Shown piece after piece: positions 26,914 to 37,147 of a DNA stretch of 64,000 nucleotides (position 1 is its first letter; the number at the start of each line of letters is the position of its first letter). The notes beneath the pieces are model-generated. The model had not been told where the DNA came from, searched no databases, and saw only the letters and a list, made by a program, of their open reading frames with translations. The stretch lies in NCBI GenBank assembly GCA_964344325.1, contig CAYFMX010000001.1, forward strand, positions 81,421 to 145,420. Direction: 5' to 3'. This stretch comes from an uncultured Piscirickettsiaceae bacterium. Its GTDB lineage: Bacteria; Pseudomonadota; Gammaproteobacteria; GCF-002020875. Position numbers and translations under genes: made by a program.

Positions 26914-27168
26914 TACTGGTTTGAATCAATACTGAATTCGTCTTTAGGCACGTATTTAAACTACCTCACGTTTTTACAGACCAGCAGGGCGAATATTCAC
27001 AAAATCTGTATCAGGAAATAAATGGTCGCCCCATCGTTTTAATCTGTTTCCAACAAAAAGTATCAGGTTTTGTTGTTGTTCCATGATGACCGTGATTTTG
27101 ATGCAATTGGGAAATTCTTCCCATTACACCATCAATGCTACACAACAGAGCCAAAACAATAGAAAAAA

Positions 27169-27912
27169 ATGGCAAATCTGATTTTACTCCACGGCTGGGG
27201 TCTCAACGGTGCGATCTGGAATCCACTATTGCCGAAACTACGAAAGCAATTCAACGTAACCGTGATTGATTTGCCCGGCTACCGCAACCAACCATTACCC
27301 AAAAACGGTTCTCTTGAATCATTCGCCCGGCAAATACTGGATCACGCACCAAAACCGGCAATTTGGGTCGGTTGGTCACTCGGTGGACAAATTGCGTTAC
27401 AGGCTGCGCAAATTGCATCACCTACACTAGAGCAGCGAATTTCCGGGTTGTTTTTAGTCGCTACCACGCCATCGTTTATACAGCGAAAAGATTGGGATTT
27501 CGCCGTCACGCAATCAGTTTTGGACAATTTCCACAAAGGACTGTTGAATAATCGGGAAAAAGAAATTCACCGTTTTTTGACCTTGCAAATGCAAGGCGTA
27601 GAAAATGCGCGTCCATTGATTCGTTCGTTAAAAGAAGAATTAGCACAACCGCCTGCACACAATGCACTGGAAGCAGGACTGAAAATTTTGTCAGAAACCG
27701 ATTTGCGTCCGATCTTGCCAAAAATTGATCTCCCAACGGTGTGGTGGATGGGGGAACGCGATCCACTCGTACCGACGCAAGCTGGAGAGTGGGCAGCGGC
27801 ACAAAACCAAAATGCGCATTGTGAAATTGTTCCCAAAGCAGGACATGCACCGTTTTTGAGTCATCCAGATTTGTTTTTGGCAGGTTTGGAAAAATTTTCT
27901 GACGTTGCTTGA
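27169..27912 (+). CDS. bioH: pimeloyl-ACP methyl ester esterase
   Basis: 247 aa. LILLHGWGLNGAIW, WVGWSLGG and GHAPFLSHP are collinear with E. coli BioH. Confidence 0.85.
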   Translation: MANLILLHGWGLNGAIWNPLLPKLRKQFNVTVIDLPGYRNQPLPKNGSLESFARQILDHAPKPAIWVGWSLGGQIALQAAQIASPTLEQRISGLFLVATTPSFIQRKDWDFAVTQSVLDNFHKGLLNNREKEIHRFLTLQMQGVENARPLIRSLKEELAQPPAHNALEAGLKILSETDLRPILPKIDLPTVWWMGERDPLVPTQAGEWAAAQNQNAHCEIVPKAGHAPFLSHPDLFLAGLEKFSDVA

Positions 27913-27922
27913 AAAAAATGTG

Positions 27923-28226
27923 ATGAAATACAAATTTCGATGGGATTCTGCAAAAGCTAGAAGCAACTTCCAGAAGCATGGCGTACTTTTTGAAGAAACC
28001 GCAGAGGTGTTTTTTGATCCCTTGCATTACTCCATGCCAGATCAAGAACATGCTGACTTGGAAGATCGTTAGATTACATTGGAAAAAGCACAAAATTTCA
28101 AAACCTTGATTGTCATCCACACGTTTATTGAATATCAGGATGATACAGTGACAATGGTTCGAATTATTTCAGCTAGCTAGAAAGGCTAGCAAGAACGAAC
28201 AGATACGGTACGAAGAAGGACAATGA
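27923..28226 (+). pseudogene. brnT: BrnT (DUF497) toxin gene with two inactivating lesions
   Basis: MKYKFRWDSAKARSNFQKHGVLFEETAEVFFDP... is interrupted by an in-frame TAG at 28070-28072. The duplicated AGCT in TCAGCTAGCTAG (28169-28180) then shifts the frame. Removing 4 nt restores RIISARKASKNEQIRYEEGQ, ending in a TGA that overlaps the brnA ATG. Confidence 0.7.
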
Positions 28227-28426
28227 AAGACGAATACGATTTTTCCAAAGCAGAACGCGGGCGTTTTTACCACCCGGATGCCGAAATGGAATTGCCGGTC
28301 TATCTGGATCAGGAGGTTCGGGATTACTTTGCGGAAAAAGCCAAGGCACAAGGAATCGGCACGGAAACACTGGTGAATGATTTGTTGCGCAAGGAAATGG
28401 CGTTAATCCAGAGTGTCACTGGCTAG
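28223..28426 (+). CDS. brnA: BrnA-like antitoxin
   Basis: 67 aa. MKDEYDFSKAERGRFYHP at the N-terminus and a C-terminal RHH-like LVNDLLRKEM; it is positioned immediately after brnT. Confidence 0.65.
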   Translation: MKDEYDFSKAERGRFYHPDAEMELPVYLDQEVRDYFAEKAKAQGIGTETLVNDLLRKEMALIQSVTG

Positions 28427-28440
28427 GCTCCAGAATAATT

Positions 28441-29313
28441 TTGTCAAAAAACTCCCACATCCGCGCCAACTTCAACCGTGCGGCAAAACAGTACGACGAT
28501 TTCGCCGTGTTGCAGCGCGAAGTCGCCGACCGCATGCTGGAAAAACTGGATTTGGTACTGGATTTGAAACCACAGCGCATTCTGGATGCGGGTTCCGGCA
28601 CAGGTTACGCCACACGTCATCTGGAAAGACGATTCAAAAAATCACAAATCATTGTGCTTGATTTTGCCGAACAGATGTTGCTTCAAGCCAAAACGCAGAA
28701 AAAATGGTTATCGCGACAACAGTTTCTCTGTGCTGATGTGATGCAATTGCCGGTTCAGGCAGAAAGTATTGATCTAGCCTTTTCCAATCTGACGCTGCAA
28801 TGGTGTGGCGATTTGAAAGCAGCACTCTTTGAACTACGCCGAATTTTACAACCGGGTGGATTACTCACATTTTCAACGTTGGGTGCAGAGACGCTCTACG
28901 AATTGCGCCAAAGCTGGATGGCGGTGGATGATCAACCACACGTCAATTCATTTCTGGATTTGCACGAAATTGGTGATGCGATGGTTCAGGCCGGATTTTC
29001 CGAACCGGTTGTTAGTGTTGATCGTATCACGCTGACTTATGATAACTTGCGTACAGTACTCGGAGATCTGAAAGGATTGGGCGCAAACAGTATTGTTGCT
29101 GAAGATTCAAAGGAATCAGGAAAAACATCCAGCCACACATCTGGACTGATGGGCAAATCACAGTGGAAAACACTCTCTGCGGCATACGAGGCATTTCGCA
29201 CCACGGAAGGAAAATTGCCTGCAACATGGGAAGTAGTCTACGGCCATGCGTGGGTTGCGGAGGAAGGGTGGTCAGCACAGCCCGTGCCGTTCTCTTTTCC
29301 GGCAGATTTGTAG
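28441..29313 (+). CDS. bioC: malonyl-ACP O-methyltransferase
   Basis: 290 aa with a TTG start. FNRAAKQYDDFAVLQREV, the SAM motif ILDAGSGTG and SNLTLQWC match BioC. Confidence 0.85.
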   Translation: MSKNSHIRANFNRAAKQYDDFAVLQREVADRMLEKLDLVLDLKPQRILDAGSGTGYATRHLERRFKKSQIIVLDFAEQMLLQAKTQKKWLSRQQFLCADVMQLPVQAESIDLAFSNLTLQWCGDLKAALFELRRILQPGGLLTFSTLGAETLYELRQSWMAVDDQPHVNSFLDLHEIGDAMVQAGFSEPVVSVDRITLTYDNLRTVLGDLKGLGANSIVAEDSKESGKTSSHTSGLMGKSQWKTLSAAYEAFRTTEGKLPATWEVVYGHAWVAEEGWSAQPVPFSFPADL

Positions 29314-29395
29314 CAGTTCGCCCAATTTGGTGAATTTCGGATGCGCCTTGGCAATTTCCAGACAACCCTTGAATACCTGACTAAAACAATAGGGC

Positions 29396-29423
29396 TTGAC
29401 CCGCACACCAGAGCCGGTATGAT
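29396..29423 (+). promoter_or_regulatory. possible sigma70 promoter (TTGACC-16 nt-TATGAT) upstream of the peroxiredoxin gene
   Basis: The hexamers were read directly. It would give a ~180-nt leader before ATG 29606. Confidence 0.3.
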
Positions 29424-29605
29424 CGCATTTTTTTAAATTCCCAACTAGTTTTTGATCCAGAGATTATTCTGTTATTCCAGACAGGCATTCCAGTTTGGAA
29501 TCTTCTCTGATTTATCTTTTCCCAAGAATAGTTTCTGATTCTATTTGTTCGACATCATTGTCATTATTTTTAATCTTGAAAATCACTTAAACAAGGAGAG
29601 ACCCC

Positions 29606-30211
29606 ATGAGCGTACTCGTCGGTCGTGAAGCCCCTGATTTTACTGCACCAACTGTATTGGCGGATGGCACTATCAAGGCAGATTTCAATTTGCATGAAGC
29701 GAAAAAAGGCAAATATGCAGTTGTTTTCTTTTATCCGCTTGATTTCACATTCGTTTGTCCGTCTGAAATCCTTGCATTTGACCATCGCGTTGAAGAATTC
29801 AAAAAGCGCAACGTAGAAGTTATCGCAGTCTCCATTGATTCTCATTGGACGCACAATGCATGGCGCAACACCTCTGTCAAAGATGGCGGCATTGGCTCAG
29901 TCAAGTTCGCAATGGTTGGCGACATGACCCAGAAAATCACGCAGGCGTATGGCATTCAGGTTCCAGGCGGCGCGCCAGCATTGCGTGCTTCTTTCCTGAT
30001 AGACAAGGACAACATCGTCCAGCATCAGGTTGTGAATGCATTGTCACTCGGTCGTAACGTCGACGAAATGGTGCGTATGGTTGATTCACTCCAGTTTACC
30101 GAAGAGCACGGCGAAGTTTGCCCTGCAGGTTGGAACAAAGGCGACAAAGGCATGAAAGCAAACCCGGAAGGCGTTGCTTCCTACCTCAAGGAAAACGCGG
30201 ACAAGCTGTAA
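29606..30211 (+). CDS. typical 2-Cys peroxiredoxin (AhpC/Prx1 family)
   Basis: 201 aa. FFYPLDFTFVCPSEI carries the peroxidatic Cys, and EVCPAGW carries the resolving Cys. Confidence 0.9.
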   Translation: MSVLVGREAPDFTAPTVLADGTIKADFNLHEAKKGKYAVVFFYPLDFTFVCPSEILAFDHRVEEFKKRNVEVIAVSIDSHWTHNAWRNTSVKDGGIGSVKFAMVGDMTQKITQAYGIQVPGGAPALRASFLIDKDNIVQHQVVNALSLGRNVDEMVRMVDSLQFTEEHGEVCPAGWNKGDKGMKANPEGVASYLKENADKL

Positions 30212-30250
30212 GTTATACGATTTATCTAACTGTCAGTTTTGTTGTAAAGA

Positions 30251-30281
30251 AAAATCCCTGCCGTTTGGTGGGGATTTTTTT
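30251..30281 (+). terminator. intrinsic terminator after the peroxiredoxin gene
   Basis: AAATCCC-loop-GGGATTT followed by a T-run. Confidence 0.65.
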
Positions 30282-30407
30282 GTGCATGTTGTTTCTTGTC
30301 CACAGAAAACCATTACTCTATTCAAGCAATTGTCCTACCTAGTTAGCCTATTACCAATGACTGTGATGTAATTCAGCAAGATGTCATTTCGAGCATAGCA
30401 AGGAGTC

Positions 30408-30956
30408 TTAACGCAACAGAATCGCTTTACGCGCCTCTTCCAATGAATGATCAATTTTCTGGCTGACGAAATCACGTGTTCCTAGTCCAACTATTGGTTT
30501 GGTCAAGACATTACCTTCGTGGTCGAGAAACAGTAATGTCGGCGCCACCCACGCTTTGTAGCGGTAGAGAAAATCCATCGGGTCAATTTCGGAGCCGTCA
30601 AAATCAAGGATTGGATCAAGGCTGTCCATCTCAATTTTGCGGATTCGCACTCCCTCTTTGTAGTCGTCACTCCGCAACATTGGTAGCAAGTAATCGCGTT
30701 CCATCTCGTTGCAGTATGGGCAATGCTCTGCAGAAGCCATCAACAAAATCAGAGCTTGATTTGCCTCCAGCCAACCCGCTTCCTGCTGCAAATTGACGGT
30801 GGTAGCGATGGAAGACGTGCTGGTCATGCCGCCCATATCTCCCATTCCGGAAATGTCCATTGCCGCAACATTGCCCGTCAACAGTAATCCCAAAAAACAG
30901 ACAACAGAAAACAACGAAGCGGAAGCAGAAGGTGGACGATTGTTTGTGTTGGACAT
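30408..30956 (-). CDS. exported thioredoxin-fold protein
   Basis: Start taken at ATG 30956. There is a signal/anchor segment SLFSVVCFLGLLLTGNVAA and the CxxC motif in AEHCPYCNEMERDYL. Confidence 0.7.
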   Translation of the reverse strand: MSNTNNRPPSASASLFSVVCFLGLLLTGNVAAMDISGMGDMGGMTSTSSIATTVNLQQEAGWLEANQALILLMASAEHCPYCNEMERDYLLPMLRSDDYKEGVRIRKIEMDSLDPILDFDGSEIDPMDFLYRYKAWVAPTLLFLDHEGNVLTKPIVGLGTRDFVSQKIDHSLEEARKAILLR

Positions 30957-31662
30957 GGCGTTCTCGAAAGCTAGTTGGATCAACAAATGGCGCGGATCAT
31001 ACCATACCCGCGCATATTGCTGATCCCAACTCTGTCTATGATGCCCGTCTATACGATCCTTACAGCACCCGCCATAGAATCAAACACTTTATCAAATGCT
31101 GCTACCTGATGGCTCAGATCAAAGTAAACCGATTGATGAATGAACGTTTCATCGACCTGACTATCATGCTCTGCAGATTGAACCTGTTGACCTGTTTTCT
31201 CTCTCTCCAAATTTTCTCTTTTCTCCTCCAAACTTGGAAATCTGGCCATTTTCAGAACCTCCTTTCCAAAAATTCGCAAAAAATCTCCCGATTCGTTTGT
31301 GTGCCTGCTGCGCTACAAACGAACGGTTCGGATCATAGAAAAGTGGTTCGCGGTCTCCAAATCAATTGATTGTTCCAAAGATCAAAAAAATTAATTTGTC
31401 CTGTGCCGACAGGAAGAGGTAACGAGCTTGTTGGCGCAACATCATTATCTTTAGGTAAACAGTTTTTCAGTAACTGCTATTGATCATCACTACAATTTGT
31501 TGGATATTCTCTCACGCCGCTTGTTTTCAGGAAGAAATAGCGTTTCTTGCAATTCATTATTCTCCTGAACAAGTATCTTATATTTCAATTGGTTGTATTT
31601 ATATCCGATTTTTCACCCCCCCCTAAGACCCATTGCTATTTTTCGTTACTACGCACCAAAAA

Positions 31663-32310
31663 ATGAACACGCCTCCCATTATTATTGAGCCTTCAGTTTC
31701 TGCCACATACTCTGTGATCTGGCTCCACGGTCTCGGCGCAGACGGCCATGATTTTGCCGGAATTCTTCCTGCGCTCAATTTGCCTGAAAATCATACAATC
31801 CGTTTTATTTTCCCGCATGCGCCGGAACGCCAAATTACTGTTAACAATGGCATGGTAATGCGTGGCTGGTACGATGTGCTCAGCTTGGAACTGGTGGAAC
31901 CAGTTGATGAAGTAGGCATTGAAGAGAGCGTGCAATCTATCCAATTATTGATACGGCAAGAACAAGAAAAAGGGGTCGCCGCAAACCAAATTCTGCTCGC
32001 CGGATTTTCCCAAGGCGGTGTGATTGCGCTGCATGCCGGATTGCGCTTTGAGGAGAAAATTGCAGGTGTAATGGCACTTTCCACCTATTTGCCGCTGGTT
32101 GAGAAAATTCCGGACGGAAATCTTCCCATTTTGGTTGCGCATGGAACTCATGATCCTGTTGTGCCGCTTCGTGGCGGTGAGAAAGCACGGGATGCTTTGC
32201 AATCGAAAGGTTATGCGGTGGATTGGCATACCTATCCAATGGAGCATCAGGTTTGTGCAGAGGAAATTGATACAATTCGCGATTTCCTGCTCAAAACACT
32301 GGTAACCTGA
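31663..32310 (+). CDS. phospholipase/carboxylesterase family alpha/beta hydrolase
   Basis: Start taken at ATG 31663. VIWLHGLGADGHDF, the nucleophile elbow LAGFSQGG and VAHGTHDPVVP form the Abhydrolase_2 pattern. Confidence 0.8.
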   Translation: MNTPPIIIEPSVSATYSVIWLHGLGADGHDFAGILPALNLPENHTIRFIFPHAPERQITVNNGMVMRGWYDVLSLELVEPVDEVGIEESVQSIQLLIRQEQEKGVAANQILLAGFSQGGVIALHAGLRFEEKIAGVMALSTYLPLVEKIPDGNLPILVAHGTHDPVVPLRGGEKARDALQSKGYAVDWHTYPMEHQVCAEEIDTIRDFLLKTLVT

Positions 32311-32320
32311 TTTACTGACT

Positions 32321-33574
32321 ATGAAACTCTCCCGCTTCGGCGAAAAATACACTGCAGAATCCGGCATCGTCTCGCTGATGGAGGATTTGGGCGAGGCGTT
32401 GAACGTCAACCCGAAAATGATCTTTATGGGAGGCGGTAACCCGGCGCACATCCCTGCTGTGGAAAATCGCTTCCGCGAGTTGCTGATTGACGTGGCGCAA
32501 AATGAAAAACGTGCCCACAAAATGTTGGGTGTTTACCAATCTCCGCAAGGGGATCAGCGATTTTTGCGGGCAATTGCGAAACTGTTTCGCAACGAGTTTG
32601 GCTGGGAAATTTCCGAAAAAAATATCGCCATCACCAACGGCAGCCAATCAGCTTTTTCGATGCTGTTTAATGTGCTCGCGGGGGAATTTTCTGATGGCTC
32701 ACAGAAACAAATTCTGTTTCCGCTTGCGCCAGAATATATCGGCTACGCGGATTTGGGATTGCATGAGCATTTTTTCCGGGCGCAAAAACCGGAGATTGAA
32801 ATTCTCGACGATGATCTTTTTAAATATCACGTTGATTTTGACAACCTGGAGATCGACGAAACCATTGGTGCGATTTGTGTTTCGCGACCGACCAATCCGA
32901 CCGGCAATGTGCTCACTGATGTGGAAATTGCACACCTCGACCAACTGGCACAGCAGAATGACATTCCTCTGATCCTCGACGGCGCATACGGCACACCGTT
33001 CCCGAATATCATTTTTACCGATGTGCAACCGTTCTGGAACGAAAATACAGTTTTAGCATTAAGTCTCTCCAAATTGGGGCTGCCCGGCACACGTACCGGT
33101 ATTTTGATCGCGAACGAAGAAATCATCCGCCAGTTTACCCATATCAATGCATTGTTGAATTTAGCGTGTGGAAATCTTGGCCCAGCGATTGCTGCCCCGC
33201 TGTTTGAAAGCGGTGAAATCCTCAAAATGAGCCGTGAACAGGTGCAGCCTTTCTATCAACAACGCTCACAACGTGCGGTGGGACTATTCCGGGAAGCATT
33301 GGGTAATTTACCCTATTTCATCCACAAACCAGAAGGGGCAATTTTCCTCTGGATCTGGTTCAAAGATTTACCGATTTCTAGCCAAACGTTATATGAGAGG
33401 CTCAAACAAAAAGGAGTTTTGATTATCTCCGGTCACCATTTTTTCGCTGGATTGGAAGAAGATTGGCCACACAAAAACGAATGCATTCGTGTCAACTATA
33501 GTCAGGATGAGAAAACCGTTGCGCAAGGAGTTGCACTGATTGCCGAAGAGGTGAGACGCGCTTATCAGCAGTAG
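32321..33574 (+). CDS. avtA: valine--pyruvate aminotransferase
   Basis: 417 aa. FGEKYTAESGIVSLMEDLGEAL, FPLAPEYIGYAD, CVSRPTNPTGNV, SLSKLGLPG and HKPEGAIFLWIWFKDLPI are collinear with E. coli AvtA. Confidence 0.85.
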   Translation: MKLSRFGEKYTAESGIVSLMEDLGEALNVNPKMIFMGGGNPAHIPAVENRFRELLIDVAQNEKRAHKMLGVYQSPQGDQRFLRAIAKLFRNEFGWEISEKNIAITNGSQSAFSMLFNVLAGEFSDGSQKQILFPLAPEYIGYADLGLHEHFFRAQKPEIEILDDDLFKYHVDFDNLEIDETIGAICVSRPTNPTGNVLTDVEIAHLDQLAQQNDIPLILDGAYGTPFPNIIFTDVQPFWNENTVLALSLSKLGLPGTRTGILIANEEIIRQFTHINALLNLACGNLGPAIAAPLFESGEILKMSREQVQPFYQQRSQRAVGLFREALGNLPYFIHKPEGAIFLWIWFKDLPISSQTLYERLKQKGVLIISGHHFFAGLEEDWPHKNECIRVNYSQDEKTVAQGVALIAEEVRRAYQQ

Positions 33575-33614
33575 AATTTGTAATCAACAACCAAAAACTG
33601 AAACGGATTGGCAA

Positions 33615-33642
33615 CAAAAAAGGGACATGATGTCCCTTTTTC
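33615..33642. terminator. bidirectional intrinsic terminator between convergent genes
   Basis: AAAAAA-GGGACA-tga-TGTCCC-TTTTT. Confidence 0.65.
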
Positions 33643-33670
33643 GATCTTGCATTTTAAATCGAAGCGAAAA

Positions 33671-34009
33671 TTAATACGCTACGTAACCCCGTGCCCAAAC
33701 ATCACCCGGCGCAGAACCCGGACGGGAAACAGCGATTTCCTCAATTGTGAAACGCTGACCCGGCTTGACCATGCCGACCACGTTGCCCAATTGCCAGCCC
33801 TTGCCTTTTTGGATATGTGGACGGTTATTACGCAGGTTTACACCTTTTTCCGCACGGATAGTTTCGCCTACAACTGGTAAAGCTTGCACGTTAAAACGAG
33901 TAGAAATTACCCCTTGGGAACCATATTCTCCAATATATACCCATTCTGCCTGTGCAACTTGAAATACAGATGCGCCTAAGACTACAGCACCGATTATTAC
34001 TTTTTTCAT
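33671..34009 (-). CDS. exported hypothetical protein (112 aa)
   Basis: Signal peptide MKKVIIGAVVLGASVFQVAQA. No family recognised. Confidence 0.55.
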   Translation of the reverse strand: MKKVIIGAVVLGASVFQVAQAEWVYIGEYGSQGVISTRFNVQALPVVGETIRAEKGVNLRNNRPHIQKGKGWQLGNVVGMVKPGQRFTIEEIAVSRPGSAPGDVWARGYVAY

Positions 34010-34167
34010 TTTTTTAACCCCCTCGCTTCTTTATTGTTCTACAAATGATTTGTACATACAGACAATGATGAAAATTTGATTGATTGTAACGGCGATCTGC
34101 CCTGATTGCAGATAAAATTGCCAAATACAGGAACAAAATAGATAAAAGAAGGATAAAGATCAACCAA

Positions 34168-34581
34168 ATGAGAAGCAAAAAATTCATCTTACGTGCTCAA
34201 TGTGGCCTTACCTTCTTTGAGTTGATTCTGGTGGTTGGGATCGTGCTGATACTGGCAACCATAGCTTTTCCCTCCTATGAGTCGTATCTGCAAAGCGCAC
34301 GCCGTAGCGATGCAATGACAGCACTGGTCAATTTTGCGCAACGGGCAGAACGCCATTTTCTGGAGAATGGTAGCTATGAAGCTATTTCCACAGATATGTA
34401 CACAGATACTTCGCATGAAGGCTATTACACATTGTCTGTTACAACAACAGAAACGACTTATCTGTTACGCGCTACACCTGTTGGAGCGCAGGAAAATGAT
34501 ACAAAGTGCGGGGAATTCACCCTGAACGAACAGGGTGAAAAGGGAATTACCGGAACAGATACCGTAGAAAATTGCTGGTAA
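34168..34581 (+). CDS. pilE: type IV pilin-like protein (PilE/FimT class)
   Basis: The prepilin motif G/LTFFELILVVGIVLILATIAFPSYESY has Glu at +5. SARRSDAMTAL and a C-terminal Cys pair are also present. Confidence 0.7.
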   Translation: MRSKKFILRAQCGLTFFELILVVGIVLILATIAFPSYESYLQSARRSDAMTALVNFAQRAERHFLENGSYEAISTDMYTDTSHEGYYTLSVTTTETTYLLRATPVGAQENDTKCGEFTLNEQGEKGITGTDTVENCW

Positions 34582-34595
34582 ATGATTCACTTAAC

Positions 34596-35270
34596 CTATT
34601 TTGTATCCACTGGATTTTGACCTCGTTCTTTCTGGATAAGGTAATCCAGTACTTCAAACAGCTCTTTCTTGCCACCTGCTGTGCCAACATCAGTGAAATA
34701 TTTTCCGTTGACGATAATGGCTGGAACGCCCTGAATCCTAGATTTGCGTGTTAAATGAACTGCTTTCCGCGTTTTGGAACGGACTGTAAAAGAATTCCAC
34801 GCTTTGCGGAACGCTGCCGGTTCTACACCTTGTTCCTCAAAAAACTGCTCCAACGCGAAATCATTACCAAGCAGTTTTTTTCGTTGATCTTTATGGATCG
34901 CATCAAACAACGCTGGATGGATTTTCTCCATCACACCCAACGTTTCTGCTGTGTAAAAAGCTTGTGCACCCGGCTGCCAGCTATTGCTGAAAATTGTGGG
35001 CTGCACAATAAATTGAACATCATCCGATTGTTTCTCCAGCCATTTTTGCATGTGCGGCTCCAGCGTGAAGCAGTGTGGACAGCCATACCAGAAAAATTCC
35101 CGTACTTCGATTTTTCCTGGTTCCACATTAGTGTGAAGCGGTTTATCCAGTATCTGATATTCAACTCCCTCCATAAAGTCAGAGGCATTTGTAGTATGGA
35201 GAAACAACAATGCGATGAAACTGAATATAATTTTAAAACTTAGATTTTTTTTGCTATTTAAAAAAAACAT
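34596..35270 (-). CDS. dsbA: thiol:disulfide interchange protein DsbA
   Basis: 224 aa with a signal peptide. The active site reads FFWYGCPHCFTLEP. Confidence 0.85.
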   Translation of the reverse strand: MFFLNSKKNLSFKIIFSFIALLFLHTTNASDFMEGVEYQILDKPLHTNVEPGKIEVREFFWYGCPHCFTLEPHMQKWLEKQSDDVQFIVQPTIFSNSWQPGAQAFYTAETLGVMEKIHPALFDAIHKDQRKKLLGNDFALEQFFEEQGVEPAAFRKAWNSFTVRSKTRKAVHLTRKSRIQGVPAIIVNGKYFTDVGTAGGKKELFEVLDYLIQKERGQNPVDTK

Positions 35271-35345
35271 TATGATTACTCCAGTTAGAAATAATTTTTG
35301 GTTATAAATTTCGAAAACTTACTGATCCGAGTTTTACAGTTATGC

Positions 35346-36149
35346 TCATTTTAATGATGAAATCTGTTTTAGACAGAATACTATCGCATCATCATCTGGT
35401 GGCATTGCCAATAACGGAGGATGCTGAAAATTATACTGTTTTGCCAATATGATCGCACGTTCACTCGGAACGACCAGTGGAAGTTTACGCAACGCTTCCA
35501 TGCCAGCCTCTCCAACCATTTTCGACAGATTTTCCAGCCCCTGATTGCTGGTGACAACTGTGGCATTGATCTCCCCATTTTGCAGCGCACGAACCAGTGG
35601 CACAGGATCGGTATTTGGCATTTTTCGGCGGTAGATTTCTGCATAGACTACTTCTGCGCCGCGTTCGCGCAACGTTTTGTCAAGCAACCCTCGCCCCCCT
35701 TCACCACGCACGATGACGATTTTCTTTCCAGCGATATTCTCTTGTTGCAATTGCGGCGTGGCTAGCAGCCCTTCGCTGTCAAAACGCGACTCCGGCAAAA
35801 TATCTGGTTTGTAGCCAAATTTCTCCAACGCTTTTGCGCTGGCAAGGCCGACAGTCGCTAGTTGCAATGTTTCCGGAATTGGATTTGGTTGATTTTGGCA
35901 TTGCCGCAAAATCTCTTCCATACCCAGTTTCACTGCGTTGGCGCTGATGAAAATAGCAATGTCGAATGTTTCCAACTTACGGAAAATTTCCCGTGCCGGT
36001 TCCGGATTTTGCAGCGGCACGATTTCCATTACTGGAAACAAAAAAATTTCACCACCGAGAGACTCAATTTTTTCAGTTAACCTAACAGCTTGATGGGCTG
36101 GGCGTGTGATCAGGATGTTTTTTCCAGCAAGTGGCTGTGTTTTACTCAT
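35346..36149 (-). CDS. hemD: uroporphyrinogen-III synthase
   Basis: 267 aa, immediately downstream of hemC on the same strand, with a HEM4-like two-domain composition (ILITRPAHQA...). Confidence 0.8.
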   Translation of the reverse strand: MSKTQPLAGKNILITRPAHQAVRLTEKIESLGGEIFLFPVMEIVPLQNPEPAREIFRKLETFDIAIFISANAVKLGMEEILRQCQNQPNPIPETLQLATVGLASAKALEKFGYKPDILPESRFDSEGLLATPQLQQENIAGKKIVIVRGEGGRGLLDKTLRERGAEVVYAEIYRRKMPNTDPVPLVRALQNGEINATVVTSNQGLENLSKMVGEAGMEALRKLPLVVPSERAIILAKQYNFQHPPLLAMPPDDDAIVFCLKQISSLK

Positions 36150-36176
36150 AGAATTTGGAAGATTTCAGCGCGGTTT

Positions 36177-37109
36177 TTAGTTTTGGTTATACAACTCAGC
36201 CAAAATCTTATCCGCCCCTTGCGCCAGCAAATCTTCTGCTACCGCAATCCCGATTTCTGCCGCCTCTTCCGGTTTTCCGCGTTTTTCGCTGCGCAGAACG
36301 TTTTTTCCATCGGTCGAACCGACCAAACCACGTAACCATAATTCGTTATTTTCCAGAATCGCATAGCTGGCAATCGGTACCTGACAGCCACCTTCCAAAC
36401 GGCGATTCAACGCACGTTCTGCAGTAACGCGGATGGAGGTTTCTGGATCATTCAAGGGCGCAATCAAAGCACGGGTTTCTGGATCATCCACACGACATTC
36501 AATCCCGACTGCACCTTGACCGACCGCAGGCAAAATAGTTTCTGGTGTGATTTTGGTACGGATGCGCTCTTCCATTTTCAGACGGATTAGCCCAGCAGAG
36601 GCAAGCACAATCGCATCGTATAAACCATCATCCAGCTTTTGCAACCGTGAATTCACATTGCCGCGCAAGTCGAGGATTTCAAGATCAGGACGCAACGCCA
36701 GTAATTGGCATTTTCGCCGCAGGCTCGAAGTGCCTACTTTTGCACCGTGCGGCAGCGCATCCAGATTTTCGTACTGGCTAGAGACAAACGCATCAAACGG
36801 CGTTTCGCGCTCGCAAATTACCGGCACATCCAAACCATCTGGAAAGGCCATCGGCACATCTTTCATCGAGTGGACGGCGATGTCGCAATCCTTTTCCAGC
36901 ATCCGCACTTCCAGCTCTTTGACGAATAGTCCCTTGCCGCCAATTTTAGCGAGCGGCGTATCAAGGATTTTGTCACCCTGCGTGGAAATTTTGACCAGCT
37001 CCACCTCTAAATCGTCATGAAGCGCAAGCAAGCGGTCACGGACATATTCGGCTTGCCAAAGCGCAAGCGGACTTTTTCGGGTCGCAATACGGAGTTTCTT
37101 TTTTGCCAT
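36177..37109 (-). CDS. hemC: hydroxymethylbilane synthase
   Basis: 310 aa: [36 protein letters not shown]. Confidence 0.95.
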   Translation of the reverse strand: MAKKKLRIATRKSPLALWQAEYVRDRLLALHDDLEVELVKISTQGDKILDTPLAKIGGKGLFVKELEVRMLEKDCDIAVHSMKDVPMAFPDGLDVPVICERETPFDAFVSSQYENLDALPHGAKVGTSSLRRKCQLLALRPDLEILDLRGNVNSRLQKLDDGLYDAIVLASAGLIRLKMEERIRTKITPETILPAVGQGAVGIECRVDDPETRALIAPLNDPETSIRVTAERALNRRLEGGCQVPIASYAILENNELWLRGLVGSTDGKNVLRSEKRGKPEEAAEIGIAVAEDLLAQGADKILAELYNQN

Positions 37110-37147
37110 GCTTTACTGTCTATTTTCTCTCTTGATTTGCTCTATTT

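Noticed and set aside
27506-28120. A 204-aa minus-strand ORF spanning the bioH 3' end and brnT.
   Set aside because: It overlaps two recognisable plus-strand genes and has no motifs. It is a shadow ORF.
29528-29544. An OxyR-like half-site pair, ATAG-N9-CTAT, upstream of the peroxiredoxin gene.
   Set aside because: The spacing is 9 nt rather than the 7 nt of the ATAGnt-N-anCTAT consensus, and there is no second dyad at the proper distance. This is not enough support.
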